This document shows, piece by piece, positions 24,000 to 37,800 of a DNA stretch of 64,000 nt. The position numbers were made by a program, and so were the translations under genes. The DNA is from Selaginella moellendorffii (taxonomy: Eukaryota > Plantae > Lycopodiophyta). The notes beneath the pieces were generated by a model. The model was not told where the DNA came from and searched no databases. It saw only the letters and a program-made list of their open reading frames with translations. Every line of letters begins with the position of its first letter. Position 1 is the stretch's first letter. Where the stretch lies: NCBI RefSeq assembly GCF_000143415.4, contig NW_003314331.1:666114-730113 (forward strand), written 5' to 3'.

Positions 24000-26150
24000 A
24001 CAACAGCAAACACACGAAATCCTGCTTTCAGGGCGTCCCTGTAGATAGGAGCTAGTGGGAATATAAAAACTCACTTGCTGGTGAGTTCAGATAATTGTTC
24101 GACTCTTTTCCAAAGACTCTGACGTCTCCACTTCTCCTCAGAGGCCATTACGAGAGCAGCTACAAAGAGAACGAACTACAAAATTTAAGTTCTTATCGTG
24201 TACGCAGCGATCGACCTCCAGATTGCATTTGTCTGAGCCAGAGATTATCAGGAGCCCGGCCAGCTCCTGGTGGGATGAGGATTGTGCCTGCACGCACAAA
24301 AGATATGCCTATGCCCGTTGGCAGAAAGCCCAGCCACTAGAAGTGGCTCAGTTGAGAAAAGCCTTTCAGCGTACAAGCGCCACAATCCCAAATAGGCATA
24401 TAGGATATTCAAAAAGCCCACCTGCAAGACAAAAAGATTTGGGAGCATCAACAAACCAAATCTGGAAAACTTCCCTGGAACAAGAATCTAGACTTCATCC
24501 CGCTGGAGTCGGGATGACAGCAATGGGTGTCAGATGCCCTCACACCAATCATCAATCGCCTCTGGAACACAGGCCTGGACAGTTAACAGAGTCGTGCCCA
24601 TACACAAAAGGGGAGATGTAATGCTGCTGACCAACTATTGAACCGTTGCAGTCTCCAGCATCTTCACGAAAATCTTTGTGAAACAAGTTGGAAAAAAGTA
24701 TCAGCATGGGCTGAGGAAAATCAGATCCTGCAAGAGGACAAGCAAGCTTCCGTACGCGTAACATCACGATCACGTGTTAATGGAACACACCAGACTGGGG
24801 TGGAGCAAGGTGCTCATCTTAGGCTTTGTAGATTTTGCTCAGTCATTTGACTTGGTCCCGCAAAACTTCGGAATTGATCAGCTCCTCCAATTGGAGGCAC
24901 CCACTCCACTTGTTGCGGTGATTGTGGAGTTGTACAGGATAGTGAAACTCTAGATGTTTGCAGGGGATACAGTCCCTTCAACTATGGGAGTTTGACAAGG
25001 CTGTCCCTTGTCACCAACCCTCTTCTTAATCTAAATTGGCGCACTAGAGACAATGATCCAGGGAGAGAATTTCACAATATACCAACTTTCTGGGATGTAT
25101 CTCTTTCTGCTATGCTGATGACTTCTTTTTAGCGGCACTAAATATCACAACCATACAACACTTGTTTGACACACTTGCACATTTTTGCATGCAAGCGGGC
25201 ACTCTCCAAAACACAGATTATGATCTTTGGCAATCCCCCACTCACACATGTCTCTACAATGGCAAACCAGTGCGAGCATACAAATACCTTGGCTACACTT
25301 TACATCGCCAGGGACCTGGACACATGGGGTCAAAGAGAGTGAAAGCCGCACAATTTGTCTATTATAGTCTCTAATTGGATTGCACAATAATGTTGTGACT
25401 AGCTAGAAGGCAAAACGAGCATTCTATTTTGCCAAGGTTTGAGCCATATGGGATACCTCAACATCCAATTCATCAACCACGAGTTCCAGGTGTGGCTGCA
25501 ATCTTGGTCCGAGAAAGTGGTTTACTGCCACTAGAGATCTTGGCATCGAAGAGGACCATTGTTCTTGTGAAAGCCTCTGGAAGAGATCGTTGGCCTCTCA
25601 AGCAATGGAAGATTCCATCAGCCTCATGTATAAGTGAGTTGGTGGCTGGTGGCACAAGTTAAAGGCATGGACCGAATCTCTGGTTTGGATCTAGAACTGA
25701 TTGTTTCCGATCCATTTGACGATTATCCAGTATGGATGAACCAGGCCATACAACATTGGTTAGCATGTATAACTGAGGGCACCACAAAATATGCCATATA
25801 CTGGGTGACACTTGGATCTCCCTGTGGCTCCATGGATATGCACAATCCTTGCTACCTACAGCTGTGGAGCACACGGTTTACAAGTGGAGTTTCGATGACA
25901 CACTAGGCCACATATCTCTTGAGAGCACTGTCTATGCCAGCAATGTGACCCTGGTCAGGTGGAGGTGTTCTCTATCAATGCCTAACATCTACAGGACCAG
26001 ACACCCCTCCCCTGGCAGCAGTGGGATCAAGCATCCATACTTAGTGATGGCCATTTGCAGCAAATCACATGGTACCTCCAGGACCAGACAACCAAGACTA
26101 AAGAGACTAAAGGGAAGGAGCAATGCATTGCATTCATGTAGATAGAGTCC
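24000..26150 (+). mobile_element. Decayed LINE (non-LTR) reverse transcriptase region
   Basis: Remnants FVDFAQSFDLVP (~24825), GV*QGCPLSPTLF (~24990), LCYADD (~25110) and YKYLG (~25280). Boundaries approximate. Confidence 0.8.
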
Positions 26151-26339
26151 TATATTTTCTAGTTGGGCAAAAGTACACTATAAACAATTCTATATATTGC
26201 TACTGCCGCTGTAAGCCTTCTTGTGGTGCCCATTGCTGCTGCTGCTGCCATAAGCCAAGGACATGTCCAAAATAAGGTCTTAAGCTTTTTAAGAATCCCT
26301 TACCATAGACCAAGCCTTGAGTATACCATATCGACAATA

Positions 26340-29135
26340 GCTTCCACGAGCTTTAATCGTTTGTAATGCACAAGATGAATTCAAGACTTTGGCAAACACA
26401 AACACAAAAAAGTCTCATGATCTGTGATGCAACAGACTGGAGATTTATTCGCTGGCATGCCCAAACACACCAACAGCCGTTTGTAGAGTTCTGAGATTGG
26501 GAACAGTAATTTCAAGGAGGAAACTAGCAAGAATTGCAAATAAGTGGAGAAACTAGTAGCCTGGGCAAAATGAATGCCTCAATCAAGCAGTGGATCTGAT
26601 GTATGTTGTGTTGTGGAATATGCATATTGATCCAATAGCTTATGTTTCAAACATTTATGTCTTTATTAGACATATATAACATCCCAAACAGATCTTGTTT
26701 GGGATCTCATTTAGACATCATGTATGTCCTAGCTAATTGATGTCACACAATAATTTGTTGTGGATATGAATAGCATCATAATTATGTGAGCACATATAAT
26801 GGCAAGACATTCAGGATAGGAGAGTACCATTGACACAATAACACCCCAAAAATATTTGGAGCAGAAGATGATGTACTAAAAATTGAACTTCCAACCTTGA
26901 TAAAATGTGCTATGATAGAGAAAGGGAGTGCAATGAGGATCAAAGAAGAATAGATCTGAGCAATAGATTTGATAAAAATTAAAGTCAATCTAAAGTACCA
27001 AGACAAATAAAATTTACCGGTTTACCCATTTCCTCTATTGCTATATGTGATATACAAGTGGATCAATCAGCATATGCAAGATTATCATAAATAGTCCGCC
27101 TAATTAATTAAAACATAAGATTGAACATTCAAGTAAAATAATAGATGAATTATTCTTTTAAAATAAAATATACTAGTATTTAGAATATAAAATAAAATAA
27201 TATATTCTTTTAGAATGTTTAGATATTTTTTATGGACAGTTTATAAAAGCTATACAATATTTTGTTTTTGAGATAGGAATTTTATGTGAGAGATTTCTCA
27301 AAAACTCATAAACTATGTACTTGCCTAGTGTACTTCAATTTTTCTTTTATTTTATTTTATTTTATGCTGATGAAATTCATTACAGAGAAAAAGATTTACT
27401 TGTTTTAAATCAAAATTTTACAGATGTTATTATATTTGCGATACTTCGTCTAATTAATCAAAATATTCCTCTTAATACTCCAATACCCATGGGACAAAGA
27501 ATGTCTTCTAATCAAACTTATAATAATCCAAATCTTGGCTTTTTAGATTTTAATGTACAAATATGGATGTTTAGTCGAGAAAGAGGGAGAAACTTTAGAT
27601 GCAGACCAAATTTTGGAGACATTCAAAACAGTGATGATATTAGGCGTGATCTTGCTGATATAATATTACAATATCGTCCTGCTTTTTTGCGTTTAGGATC
27701 TAGATTAATAGCATTAACAGTTGGAAATTATGGCATTTATTATTTTGTTAGAAATATTCCTCCTCGACAACTATTTGAAGAAGACTCTAAAATATTTATA
27801 ATACCTTTTGGCTATAATGATTGTCACATCTATCTTAATACATTAATTGGTAACACTTTATTTAACAAACTATTACCTAAAACATTTTTACAATCCTCAA
27901 ATCAAAAGGCACATCTCTATTTAAATCATAAATGTGAATTAGTTTTATATGTTGGTCAGGTAAATAAATGGTCAATTCTAAGAAATGGTAATAATTGTTA
28001 TCTTGTAGTTCAACAGGATGGCAATTTAGTTTTCTATTCTGAAAATAAAATAGCTTTATGGTCACCAAATAAGTATTGTCATATATCTAATAATTGTTTA
28101 ATGAATACCTACCTTACTTTACAAGATAATTGCATTCTAGCTTTTTATAAGAATATACAAGACTCATTTTCAAGGACTCCAAAAGTTAAATTACTTTGGA
28201 AAAGTGAAAATACCATATGTGAGTGACTTATATCATTATAAATATTTTTTTCCAATCTTCCAAACCATATGTCTATTATTTAGGTAAATATTAAATAAAT
28301 CAAGTACTTAAATTGAAAAAAGTTAAACTCACTAATCAGATACAAGAGATAATAATATTTCTTTAAAATTTTTACTTAATATTAATTTGTTAGATAGAAT
28401 ATTTATCTTTGTTGTTTATTAAAATTAAATCTGATGAATTCTATAAGGTTCACTCCAAAAAATAGTCATATTTATAGCTATCATTAGCTATTCATTTCAA
28501 TTTAAATAAATAAATACAAATTGTTTAACTATAATACTCTAATATTTAAAATTCTCTTTTAAAATCATTCTTAAATGGGTACAATTGAAATAATTAATAA
28601 AATTAATGTCAAATTTTAATATTTAGAAATGTAATCCACTGTGCACAACAATCCTCAAGAACCTCCTGGGCAGCTGGATTGTCCACCATGTGTGGAATTT
28701 GTGGCTGCTGGAGCGGCAGATCCTCATGGACAATCTCATTAGGAAGACAAACTTGAAAACAATTATAACTTTTCATGAATGTACCACTAAAATATATGAA
28801 CAAAAATAATATACATACATATACAATGAGGCATTTATAGTTTGGTCTCACTCTGGTCTCCTTGTTCTTCTAGCCAACATTACATTACAGGCTCTTTATA
28901 GGGCGTAATTTATCTAAGCAGGGGATGTCCTCTGTTGGTTGGGAGTTTAGGGTGCTGAAATAAATTAAAAAACAAAAAAAAATGTTTTGTATTGTTTACA
29001 AAAAATTACTGTCATGAGCGTACAATGAACCATTCCTTGTGTAATAATCACAGACAATGCAGTGTTGTAGGTAAAAACTACCACGTCTAGTGGCAAAACA
29101 CGTGGCAGTTATGGAAGTGCAACCTCCGAGATCAG
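26340..29135. repeat. Second local duplication, pairs with ~31370-34860 (phosphatase fragment + lectin gene + APM1 3' tail)
   Basis: Colinear blocks from CACGAGCTTTAATCGTTTG through the lectin gene to GGCAAAACACGTGGCAGTTATGGAAGTGCAA. Confidence 0.8.
27315..28226 (+). CDS. Secreted protein: unknown N-terminal domain + C-terminal bulb-type (GNA/B-lectin) domain; intronless, very AT-rich
   Basis: 303-aa ORF with a hydrophobic N-terminus and YLVVQQDGNLVFY (QxDxNxVxY mannose-binding motif), plus degenerate repeats LNHKCELVLY and LQDNCILAFY. Confidence 0.7.
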   Translation: MYLPSVLQFFFYFILFYADEIHYREKDLLVLNQNFTDVIIFAILRLINQNIPLNTPIPMGQRMSSNQTYNNPNLGFLDFNVQIWMFSRERGRNFRCRPNFGDIQNSDDIRRDLADIILQYRPAFLRLGSRLIALTVGNYGIYYFVRNIPPRQLFEEDSKIFIIPFGYNDCHIYLNTLIGNTLFNKLLPKTFLQSSNQKAHLYLNHKCELVLYVGQVNKWSILRNGNNCYLVVQQDGNLVFYSENKIALWSPNKYCHISNNCLMNTYLTLQDNCILAFYKNIQDSFSRTPKVKLLWKSENTICE

Positions 29136-29269
29136 CAAGAAAATGATGGGCAAGATTATCTATAATAGAAACCTGATACGTTTTGCAGTTTTATAATTAT
29201 GCTTTAAAAGAATCACATGCATGGTTATGAGCTACTTAAAAACTGCAATAGAAAGTGATACAGACTCGA

Positions 29270-29460
29270 AGATGAATTCTCTTCTCTCTGCCAAGTCCTC
29301 ATTTCGCAGGGGATCTCTTGAACAATGATAAGTATTGCGTCCCTTTGCTAGGCAGAGATAGCATTTCAGGATAAGTGATTTTTCTTACCCTTGCAGTGTC
29401 TTTCCCAATGACTTCTCTGCTTACATGTTCTGCATTGGTTGACGAGTAATCCCTCCTTAA
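29270..29460 (-). pseudogene. Zinc-knuckle family fragment (exons 2-3)
   Basis: Matches 6880-7120 with deletions. Confidence 0.7.
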
Positions 29461-30060
29461 AACGAGCAAAAAACAGTCGTAAGAGTTTGACTTACCATTG
29501 CAAGAAAGATCTCTCCGTACGTCGAAGGATTCTCGGTTGGGTTTCCACAGCACGTCCTCATCATCCTCAATATGTGAAAAGTAAATCACAATGTACAACA
29601 CGAAAGGAAAAAAAATGGCCACCTGCGAAAAATCCACCTAGGGAAATTGAAACTTTCTTTCGCTGATGGACCTTCTAGCAATCTGGCAAACACAAAAACA
29701 CAAAACTTTCAGTGATGCATGAACTGAGAAGCAAATCTTACGTACCATGAGCTCCCTGCACAGTTCCAAGGCAACAAGAGGCGGTGGATTGGAGATTCAT
29801 TCGCTGCCATGCCACACTAACAGCCATTTGTAATGCCTGAAAGCACAAGTACATATACGTTTATGCGTTGGTGATCACAACTAGCTTAACTTCACGCATC
29901 AAGCCCGTCGCTCAAATATGCTTCCCTAAGAAGAATTATAATGGTGGTCCTGTTATATTTTCTATTTATCTTACTTAGGAGCGGATCGAAGACACGGTTT
30001 CAGTATGCCGTACCTATATACAATCCTCGTCAAGAATTCAATCCAAGAGTCATTCGGATG
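29460..30060 (-). pseudogene. Decayed copy of the histidine phosphatase gene at 55844-56788
   Basis: IEDDEDVLWKPNRES and LVALELCRELM exons plus matching introns. Confidence 0.75.
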
Positions 30061-30115
30061 TCATCGCTTTGCAAAGAGTCAAATTTCAGCCTAAAACCTA
30101 AAACGAAAAGGAAGC

Positions 30116-30894
30116 ATGACGACATTGGCAGTAACGGGTGTTGCTTCCGGCTCCTGGATCGAGGCTCGAGCCGCCGTGCGCGATCCCTGCGAGCTCGCGC
30201 ATCTAAAGCAGCTTCCGCATTGTCAAGCTTCCTGCGGCCAGTCTTACCCGCGATCCCCCGCCCAGCCCATCGTCGATGGCGAACCTGATGCGGGCTTACT
30301 CCAGCGCGGGGGTGGCGAGAGTGGTGCTCACTTCCACGATTACCTGGATCCCTCCCGCGGCGATAGCGCCCCGATCGACGAGCAGTGCTGGAGCAGCCTC
30401 GAGTACCGGCGAGTGCTAGCGGAGAGTGCTGCTTGGCAGATCTCTAGGAAGAGTGAGCTGGACTTGGTGGTGACAAATCCATGCGTTACGCTCGGCCCGG
30501 TGTTGCAGCCATAGCAAAACGCGAGCAGCTCTCACATCCTTCGTTTGATCAACACGAAGTTTGAGCGATACTTGAACCGATTCCAGATGTAAGGGACGTT
30601 GCTTGGCTCATGTCGAGGCTTTCGAGCGGGAGGGAGCTCGCGGACGATACTTGCAGCGAGATCTAGCGGCGCTGATCGATGCGCTGTGGGAGGTTGTGCC
30701 GCCAGAGGTGGCGGCGCGGTTACCTTCCAAGATGGTCACTGGCGGCGAGAGGGCGAGTTTTGTCATCTCTACCGAGAAGGTCCGCCAAGAGCTAGTTCCG
30801 GGCGCTCAAGAAGTGCTTGAAGACTCCGTGGAGCGTTAAAGAGAGGCTTGCTGGCGATCTGGCCTTCCCTCAAGCATCGCCAGACTCTGGCATA
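30116..30894 (+). pseudogene. Deleted and frameshifted copy of the CCR-like gene at 54794-55792
   Basis: LAVTG, YLDPSRGDSAPIDEQCWSSLE, LAESAAWQISRKSELDLVV and EVVPPEVAARLPSKMVTGGE are shared with the intact copy; premature stop at 30514. Confidence 0.9.
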
Positions 30895-31059
30895 AGCGAG
30901 ATCAGAGCATATATCCATTATTTTTATGCTTTTTATTCAAGTTTCAGAAAGATAGCCCTTACAATCCCCACATGAAAACTGCATTGGCGCACATAAAACC
31001 AGCTCCAAAGATTTCTGTTGCAGCTATAACATCCCCTGGCTTGACTCAAGTGATATCCA

Positions 31060-31330
31060 AGGATAAGTGAGTTTTCTTAACCCCTTGCAGTGTCTTTCCC
31101 AATGACCTTATTTTCTGCATTCATCGATGAGTAACCTCTCCTTCCACCGGGAAGTTCCTATGATCTCGTACCTACATACAAAAGCAAGTAAATATCAACC
31201 TCAATCTTGCTTACCTTGCTCGCATGCGTTCGCTCTCAATTGCAAAAGTGTCCACCTCCGGCTTTTACTTTTGTGGTGTTCATTGCTGCTGCCGCCGTGA
31301 GCCTTATTGTAGTGCCCACCGCTGCTACTG
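31060..31330 (-). pseudogene. Zinc-knuckle family fragment (exons 1-2)
   Basis: Matches 7030-7330 (CTTGCAGTGTCTTTCCCAATGACC; TTGCAAAAGTGTCCACCTCC). Confidence 0.7.
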
Positions 31331-31659
31331 CTTGCGTAAGTAGACCGGGCCTTCAGTACCAGATCGACAATAGCAGCTTACACGAGCTTTAATCGTTTGC
31401 AACGCGATGTGACGGCACAAATAACTAGGTTCTGAATTCAAGACTGGCAAACAGTAACTGATCATGACCCTGCACAGTTCCAAGGCAACAGGAGGCTATG
31501 GACTGGAGATTCGTTTGCTGCCATGCCCAAACACACCAACAGCCGTTTGTAGAGTTCTGAGATTGGGAGCAGGAGAAAACCATGACTAACTCAACTTCAC
31601 GCATCAAGCCATTGCTCCACCTATTTGCAATTCTTGCTCGTTTTGGTGGTAGCTTTCAC

Positions 31660-32240
31660 ACTCCTCAATCAAGAAGTGTATGTTGTGTTGTGGAACATGA
31701 TCATCATGGCAATTGATTGAGCAAGGATGTGTTTGATCGCATGTCTGGATGGAACTGGGTATACCACAACTCCATATGGCCATCTTTCTTTTGCCAAGAA
31801 GATCTTTGAGACAAATACCCACACACTATGCTTTCTTGTGGAACATGATCATTGCCTAATTATTATGCTTAATTGTTAACACTGAATTTGCCTTCCATAC
31901 AATGCTTGATAATGCTTGGATGGCTACTGGGAGAATGGTTGTGGGTGACAAGCTATGGATCAGTTCAACTCACTCCAGCTTGAGATAATGATCCCAATGA
32001 GATCTTAGTTTTAATCACCTTTAGTCACATCAGTGAGTTCATGAAGCTTGGGAGAAGTTCACAGAAGCTTATGATTTAACTATGGCTTGCAACCTATGAG
32101 AGAACATGCGTTGTTGACAGCCTTGGGAGATCGAGATAGTTGCAGAGGAATTGATAAGGAATATGATGTTTTTGCCAGATATAGCAATCTAAAACTGCTT
32201 GCTCAATGCAAAGCTGTACCATGGTGGGATCTTGTTTGGG
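31660..32240 (+). pseudogene. PLS-class PPR / E-domain remnant
   Basis: Mixed-frame remnants such as ARDVFDRM, SHI, YGLQPMREH, VDSLGRS and AEELIRNMMFLPDIAI. Confidence 0.5.
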
Positions 32241-32957
32241 ATCTTTTAGACTCCTAGTATATCTTGTATGTGCTAGCTAATTGATGTCATACAGTAATAT
32301 ATTGTGGATATAAATAACATCATAATTATGTGATCATATATAATGGCAAGACATTGAGGATAAGAGAGCACCATTGACAAAATCACACCCTGCTAGGAGC
32401 TGGCCACAATCCACGTCGAGAAGCTCTGATCTTGCATCTGGGACGATCAATTTTACAAACAAGATTGGAAGGAGCAAGAGTAACATTGCTATGTGAAAGA
32501 CAATGTACCAAAAATTGAATTTCCAACCTTGATCAAGAATAACAATGTGCTATGACAGAGAAAGAGAGTGCAATGAGGATCAAAAGTGAATAGATCTGAA
32601 CATAACTATAGCCTAGATTTGCTAAGAAATTTAATTTTATCTAAAGTACTGAAATAAAGAACAATAGAAATGTTTTCAACTCTTTCCTCTACTATGCATT
32701 GATACATCCAGTGTGCATAATAAATTAGAAGCATAAGATTGAACCCATAACCTCATGATAAATTTGAGTAAAATAGTAGATGAATTGCCGTTTTACTATA
32801 AAATATACGCACAAAGGAATACTTAGAAAAATAGAATAAAATAATATATTCCTTTAGAATGTTTAGTTAGTTTTGATGGAGAATTTATATATGCTATACA
32901 TTTTTTGTTTTTGATGTAAGATTTTTATGTGAGAGATTTCTTAAAAATTCATAAAAT

Positions 32958-33690
32958 ATGTATTTGTATACTGTACTTAAATTTTTCTTTTATTTTAGTT
33001 TATTTTATGCTGATAAAATTCTTTACAGAGAAAAATATTTACTTGTTATAAATCAAAATTTTACAGATGTTATTATATTTGTCTAATTAATCAAAATATT
33101 CCTTGTAATACAATACCCATGGGACAAGGACTGTCTTTTAATCAAACTTACAATAATCCAAATCTTGGCTTTCTAGTTTTTAATGTACAAATATGGATGT
33201 TTAGTCAAGAAAAAGGGAGACATTTTAGCTGCAAACCAGATTTTGGACAGTTTCAAAACAATGATGATATTAGGCATGATCTTGCTGATATAATATTACA
33301 ATATCATCCTACATTTTTTATTTTAGGATCCAGATTAATAGCATTAACAGTTATGGCATTTATTATTTTTTTAGATATATTCCTCCTTGGCAACTATTTG
33401 AAGAAGGCTCTAAAATATTCATAAAACCTTTTGGCTATAATGATTGTCACATCTATCTTAATGCATTAATTGGTAACACTTTATTTAAAAAACTATTACC
33501 TAAAACAGGATTGTATTACCTACAATCCTACATCTCTATTTAAATCATAAATGTATAATGAATACCTACCTTACTTTACAAGATTGCATTCTAGCTTTTT
33601 ATAAAAATACACAGGACTCATTTTCAAGGACTCCAAAAGTTGAATTATTTTGGAAAAGTGAAAATACCATGTGTGAGTGATTTATATCAT
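32958..33690 (+). pseudogene. Frameshifted duplicate of the lectin gene at 27315, with most of the lectin domain deleted
   Basis: NQTYNNPNLGFL.FNVQIWMFS is shared. Deletions near 33080, 33350 and 33555 break the frame and remove the QQDGNLV motif. Confidence 0.8.
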
Positions 33691-34831
33691 TATAATTTTT
33701 TCCAATGGTGGACATAGTGCTATACTTTTTAATCATAAGTATAAATAAAAAGGTAAATATTAAATAAATAAAAGTACTTAAATTGAAAATATTTAATTTA
33801 CTAATCAAATACAAGAGATATTATTGTTTCTTTTAAAGTTATACTTAACATCAATTTTGTTTTCAGATAGAATATTTATCTTTGGATGGTTATTAAAATA
33901 AAATCTTAAGGGCCAAGATAGATTTTATATTGTTTATAAACTGTTTTACTCTTTAAAGCTATCTTTTTACCAAAACTTTACCATTTGCAAGTTAAGATAC
34001 ATAAGTAAGTAATGTATTACATCCAGATTCTACCACAATTAAGTACTTATTGATTCCCCCTTAGCATTTACTTATTTATTATTTTAATTATTTTACATTA
34101 TAAAAAAAAAATTAACAATTTACATTATATCTATAAATTTATATATTTAACATATTGCTATAAAATGCAGTTATATGGTACAATTCTTAATTAATTAAAT
34201 AAAAACTAGATAATTTCATGAAAGGATTATTTATCCTAAATTCTATAATTTAAAAAAAAATTCCAATCCTATTTGTCCTTTTCATTCTTATAATTTGATG
34301 ATAAATCCTTGTGCTTAACAAAATCCTTCTTTGAATTATTGCAACTACTTTGTTGAAAAATGTCATTTGAGTTTCATTATTTAGTATTCCAAAAATAGTC
34401 ACATTTATAGCTAAACATTAGCTATCAAACTCAAATTTAAAAACTGATTAAATAATATTCTATAATCTAGAAAAATCAAATTTAAAATATAAAATAATAA
34501 TAAAATGGTTAATAAAACTAATGTTAAATGTTTAGAACTAATGTTAAACTACGATCCGCAAAACCTGGTTGTCGATGCGCGGACTTTGGGGCTGCTGGAA
34601 TCCAGGTTAAATCATAGCTTTTCATGTACAAAATATCATATACAACGTGGCATTTATAGTTTGGTCCCTAAAGAGCGTCGGTTGGGAGTTTAGGGAGTTT
34701 AGGCGGTGCTGTTGCTTTGGATCGTTTATGAAAATTATGAATCACAGGTCTGCAAAGCGACTTGCAGTGTTGTTGGTACAAGAACTAACACGTCAGGCAC
34801 TACACGCCTACGTGGCAAAAACACGTGGCAG

Positions 34832-37800
34832 TTATGGAAGTGCAAGCTCCGAGATGAGCTCTTTGAAACCTTCCTCCTCGCGAATGAATTCCACCCAGCG
34901 AGCGTTGATCCGGACTCTCTCCACGCACTGGCTCACTGTTCGCTCGATCGCCAGCATCCCATGCTGGCGGAAAAACTCTTCAATCTCGTCGGCCTTTTCC
35001 TGGCTCGAAAACTGGGCAAAGAAAGAAGAACGAGAATTTTCACAACGAAGTTCGAGATCACTGAGATTACCGAAGTTGTGGTGGTCACGAAGCGACTGAT
35101 GAGAAATCCGCTGTCACCCCATCGACTGCGGAGAAGGCTCCAGTTTTCCTGCTTACACGGTTATGGTCTAGCAAGCATGTAGCGTTTGTACCTTTAGCCA
35201 AGACCAGGCAGTCTCGCGGCCTTCCCTGCGAACTCCACCGAGTACGAAAAACGCATCCTGGTTACGAACCTGCGTGCAAAAATGCGAGTTTGCTTGTGAA
35301 GCGAACAATGAAAACTGGTATCTAGCTTACTTCGTCCGTAAGTATCAAGTTCAATGCTTCCCGAACGACTTCAGTATCACTTGACGCTGCAAGGCATGCT
35401 GCAAACGGGAGATGTTAGTAAAACCGGAGTCGTGCCAGAGAAAAACAGTACATAGAATCCGTGTTCGTTCCTGGCCCAGGTCTGTTTCCCTGTAGATCTG
35501 GAGCAATGCATCATATCCAGATTTGTCGGCAGCGGTTACGCTTCGCATTACAGCCGAGTATGCAGCCTGCAACGCAACAGAGGATTAAAAAACGCCAGTA
35601 AAAGTCGGCAACACTTACCTTTCTTATGTCTGCAGGTAGCCTCGAAGTATTTCTATCCTTCAAAAACTCGTAAAAACGCTCTTTGGCTTCGATGACAGTT
35701 GGTTCATGGCCAAAAAGCACAAGAGCCAACATAAGATCCCCTCGGAGCATAGAGACGAGGTCACTTTCTCCGGGAACAGCGTCCCATCCAACGTTTCTGA
35801 GCAAAATAAGCACAGGTATAGAATATTATTTTTGAAAGCGGCTCGTTACTTGGCTGGAGCGAGAAGCAGTCTTGAGAGGAAGCCTTTTGTATCTTCAGCA
35901 ACAGCAGGAATAGCATCGGCCAAAATCCATGACACACCTCTCGACACCTGTGACGATTATTTTCAGTTCCAGACAATAAACAACGATCCCTTACTGTAAT
36001 AAGGTGGCCCAGGACAGCTGGATCAGCCTCAGCGCTGTAAGCTTCCATCAAAGACAGTAACACTCGCATTGGCTCTCGACAAGCTTTACACAAAGCGTAA
36101 ATGTCATCCAGAACACCTGAAAGAGAGAATTTCAGCACACAATCCGAAGCAATAAGCAAAATTTACCAAATCTATCGTCAGGCTGGAGATATCCTCCAGA
36201 TATTGCAGACCGAAGACTTGCAGCTAGATGATCGTCATACTGGACTCTGTAGAAGCCTGTTTGGCCGACGTTGAGTTTTATCCACTTCCCTTTGGATTTT
36301 GTGTCCACTTCATGAGATATCGGAATTCGAGCGGATGTGCCTCGGACCAACGAAGTTTTGTACGAATCATATGAGTTGCAACACAAGGTAAGGGGTATGA
36401 CCCATTCACCAAAGCCTGGTTGTCCGGTTGATAGAAACTGGGACTGCGCACGAAAAAGATTAATATTGGAAAGGGAGAGCTGACTTTACCTGATGAAGCT
36501 CAAGAGCATCGCCAACTAGCTTGACAGCCAAAACAGGGTAACCCTTCTGTTTTGTCCAGGAATTCATCAGCTCTTTAACCGGTTGTCCTGACTCTGATGA
36601 AAGAGAATCCCACAGATCCTCTGTTGCAGCATTCCTATAAGCAAACTTTTTGATATACGATGCAAGCCCTTTCTGAAAGAAAAATTCAGTATTTTAAGCA
36701 ATCTGGTAAACCACTCTACCTGAAAAGTCTTAGCACCAAGGTAAGTTTGCAGCATACGAATGATAGATGCACCCTTTTTGTAGCTGATAGCGTCAAAAAT
36801 CTCGTCGATCTCACGAACGTGACCAACTTCAACCTCAATTGGATGGGATTCAACAAGGCCGTCCAGTCTATAAGCGTCAACAGTCAGCTCGTTGAATTGA
36901 GTCCAGACTTTCCATTCCGGAAATAAGTAATCTGCTGCCAAGTAACTAACCTGCAAAACATTTCCCATTCTAGAAGTTAAATTTATTCTCTAAGCAACCA
37001 GCTTACCCAGGTTGCAAAACCTTCATTTAGCCAAAGATGCGTCCACCATTCCATTGTAACAAGATTTCCGAACCACTGATGAGCAAGCTCGTGAGTGACA
37101 ACAACAGCAACCTGAAAATGCACAACACTCGGTAAAAACACCAAACAATGAACTAGCATGTAATACTCGTTGCTTGTTCGCGGCAGCCGAATGCTTCTCA
37201 TCAAAGAGAAGAGCAGTCTCACGGTAAGTAACAAGGCCATAGTTTTCCATTGCTCCAGCTGCGAAGTCAGGAATAGCCACCATATCCATTTTAGGAAGGG
37301 GATACGGAGTCTCGAAGTATCTGAAGTAAAATCAAGATCAACGAACATATACAATTTGTTTTGAGCGTACTCCGTATAAAAAGGAAGTGTTTCCACAGCC
37401 ACACCGAGCGCAAATTTCCCTAGTTCAGCTTTTCCTGGCAAAGTATAAACACGAACACTCGTGCCTGGAAGACCGAGTTAAATGCATGCTAACAACATAC
37501 GAAAAGGCATACCATCTCTAGTAGTCCCTTCTAGATAGCTCAGCTCTCCAACGACAACAGCTACCAAGTAAGTAGACATAATCGGAGTTACTTGAAACTC
37601 TACAACTTTAGAATCCCCCGACACTTTCTCGCTTTCGACGGGCATGTTTGACAACACCACGCGATCTGCCGGAGCTTCAATAACAATCTTGAAAGTAGCC
37701 TATGAAACAAAGACGAAAACTAAAAAACATAAGCACCAGAGCTGAAAAAAAATCTACCTTGAAAGACGGCTCGTCCCAGGACGGGAAACACCTACGAGCG

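Noticed and set aside
28609-28851. 80-aa minus ORF with a hydrophobic start
   Set aside because: Non-ATG start, no motif, and not preserved in the duplicated block.
34505-35182. Plus-strand ORFs of 62-158 aa
   Set aside because: Antisense to the last APM1 exons and 3' UTR.
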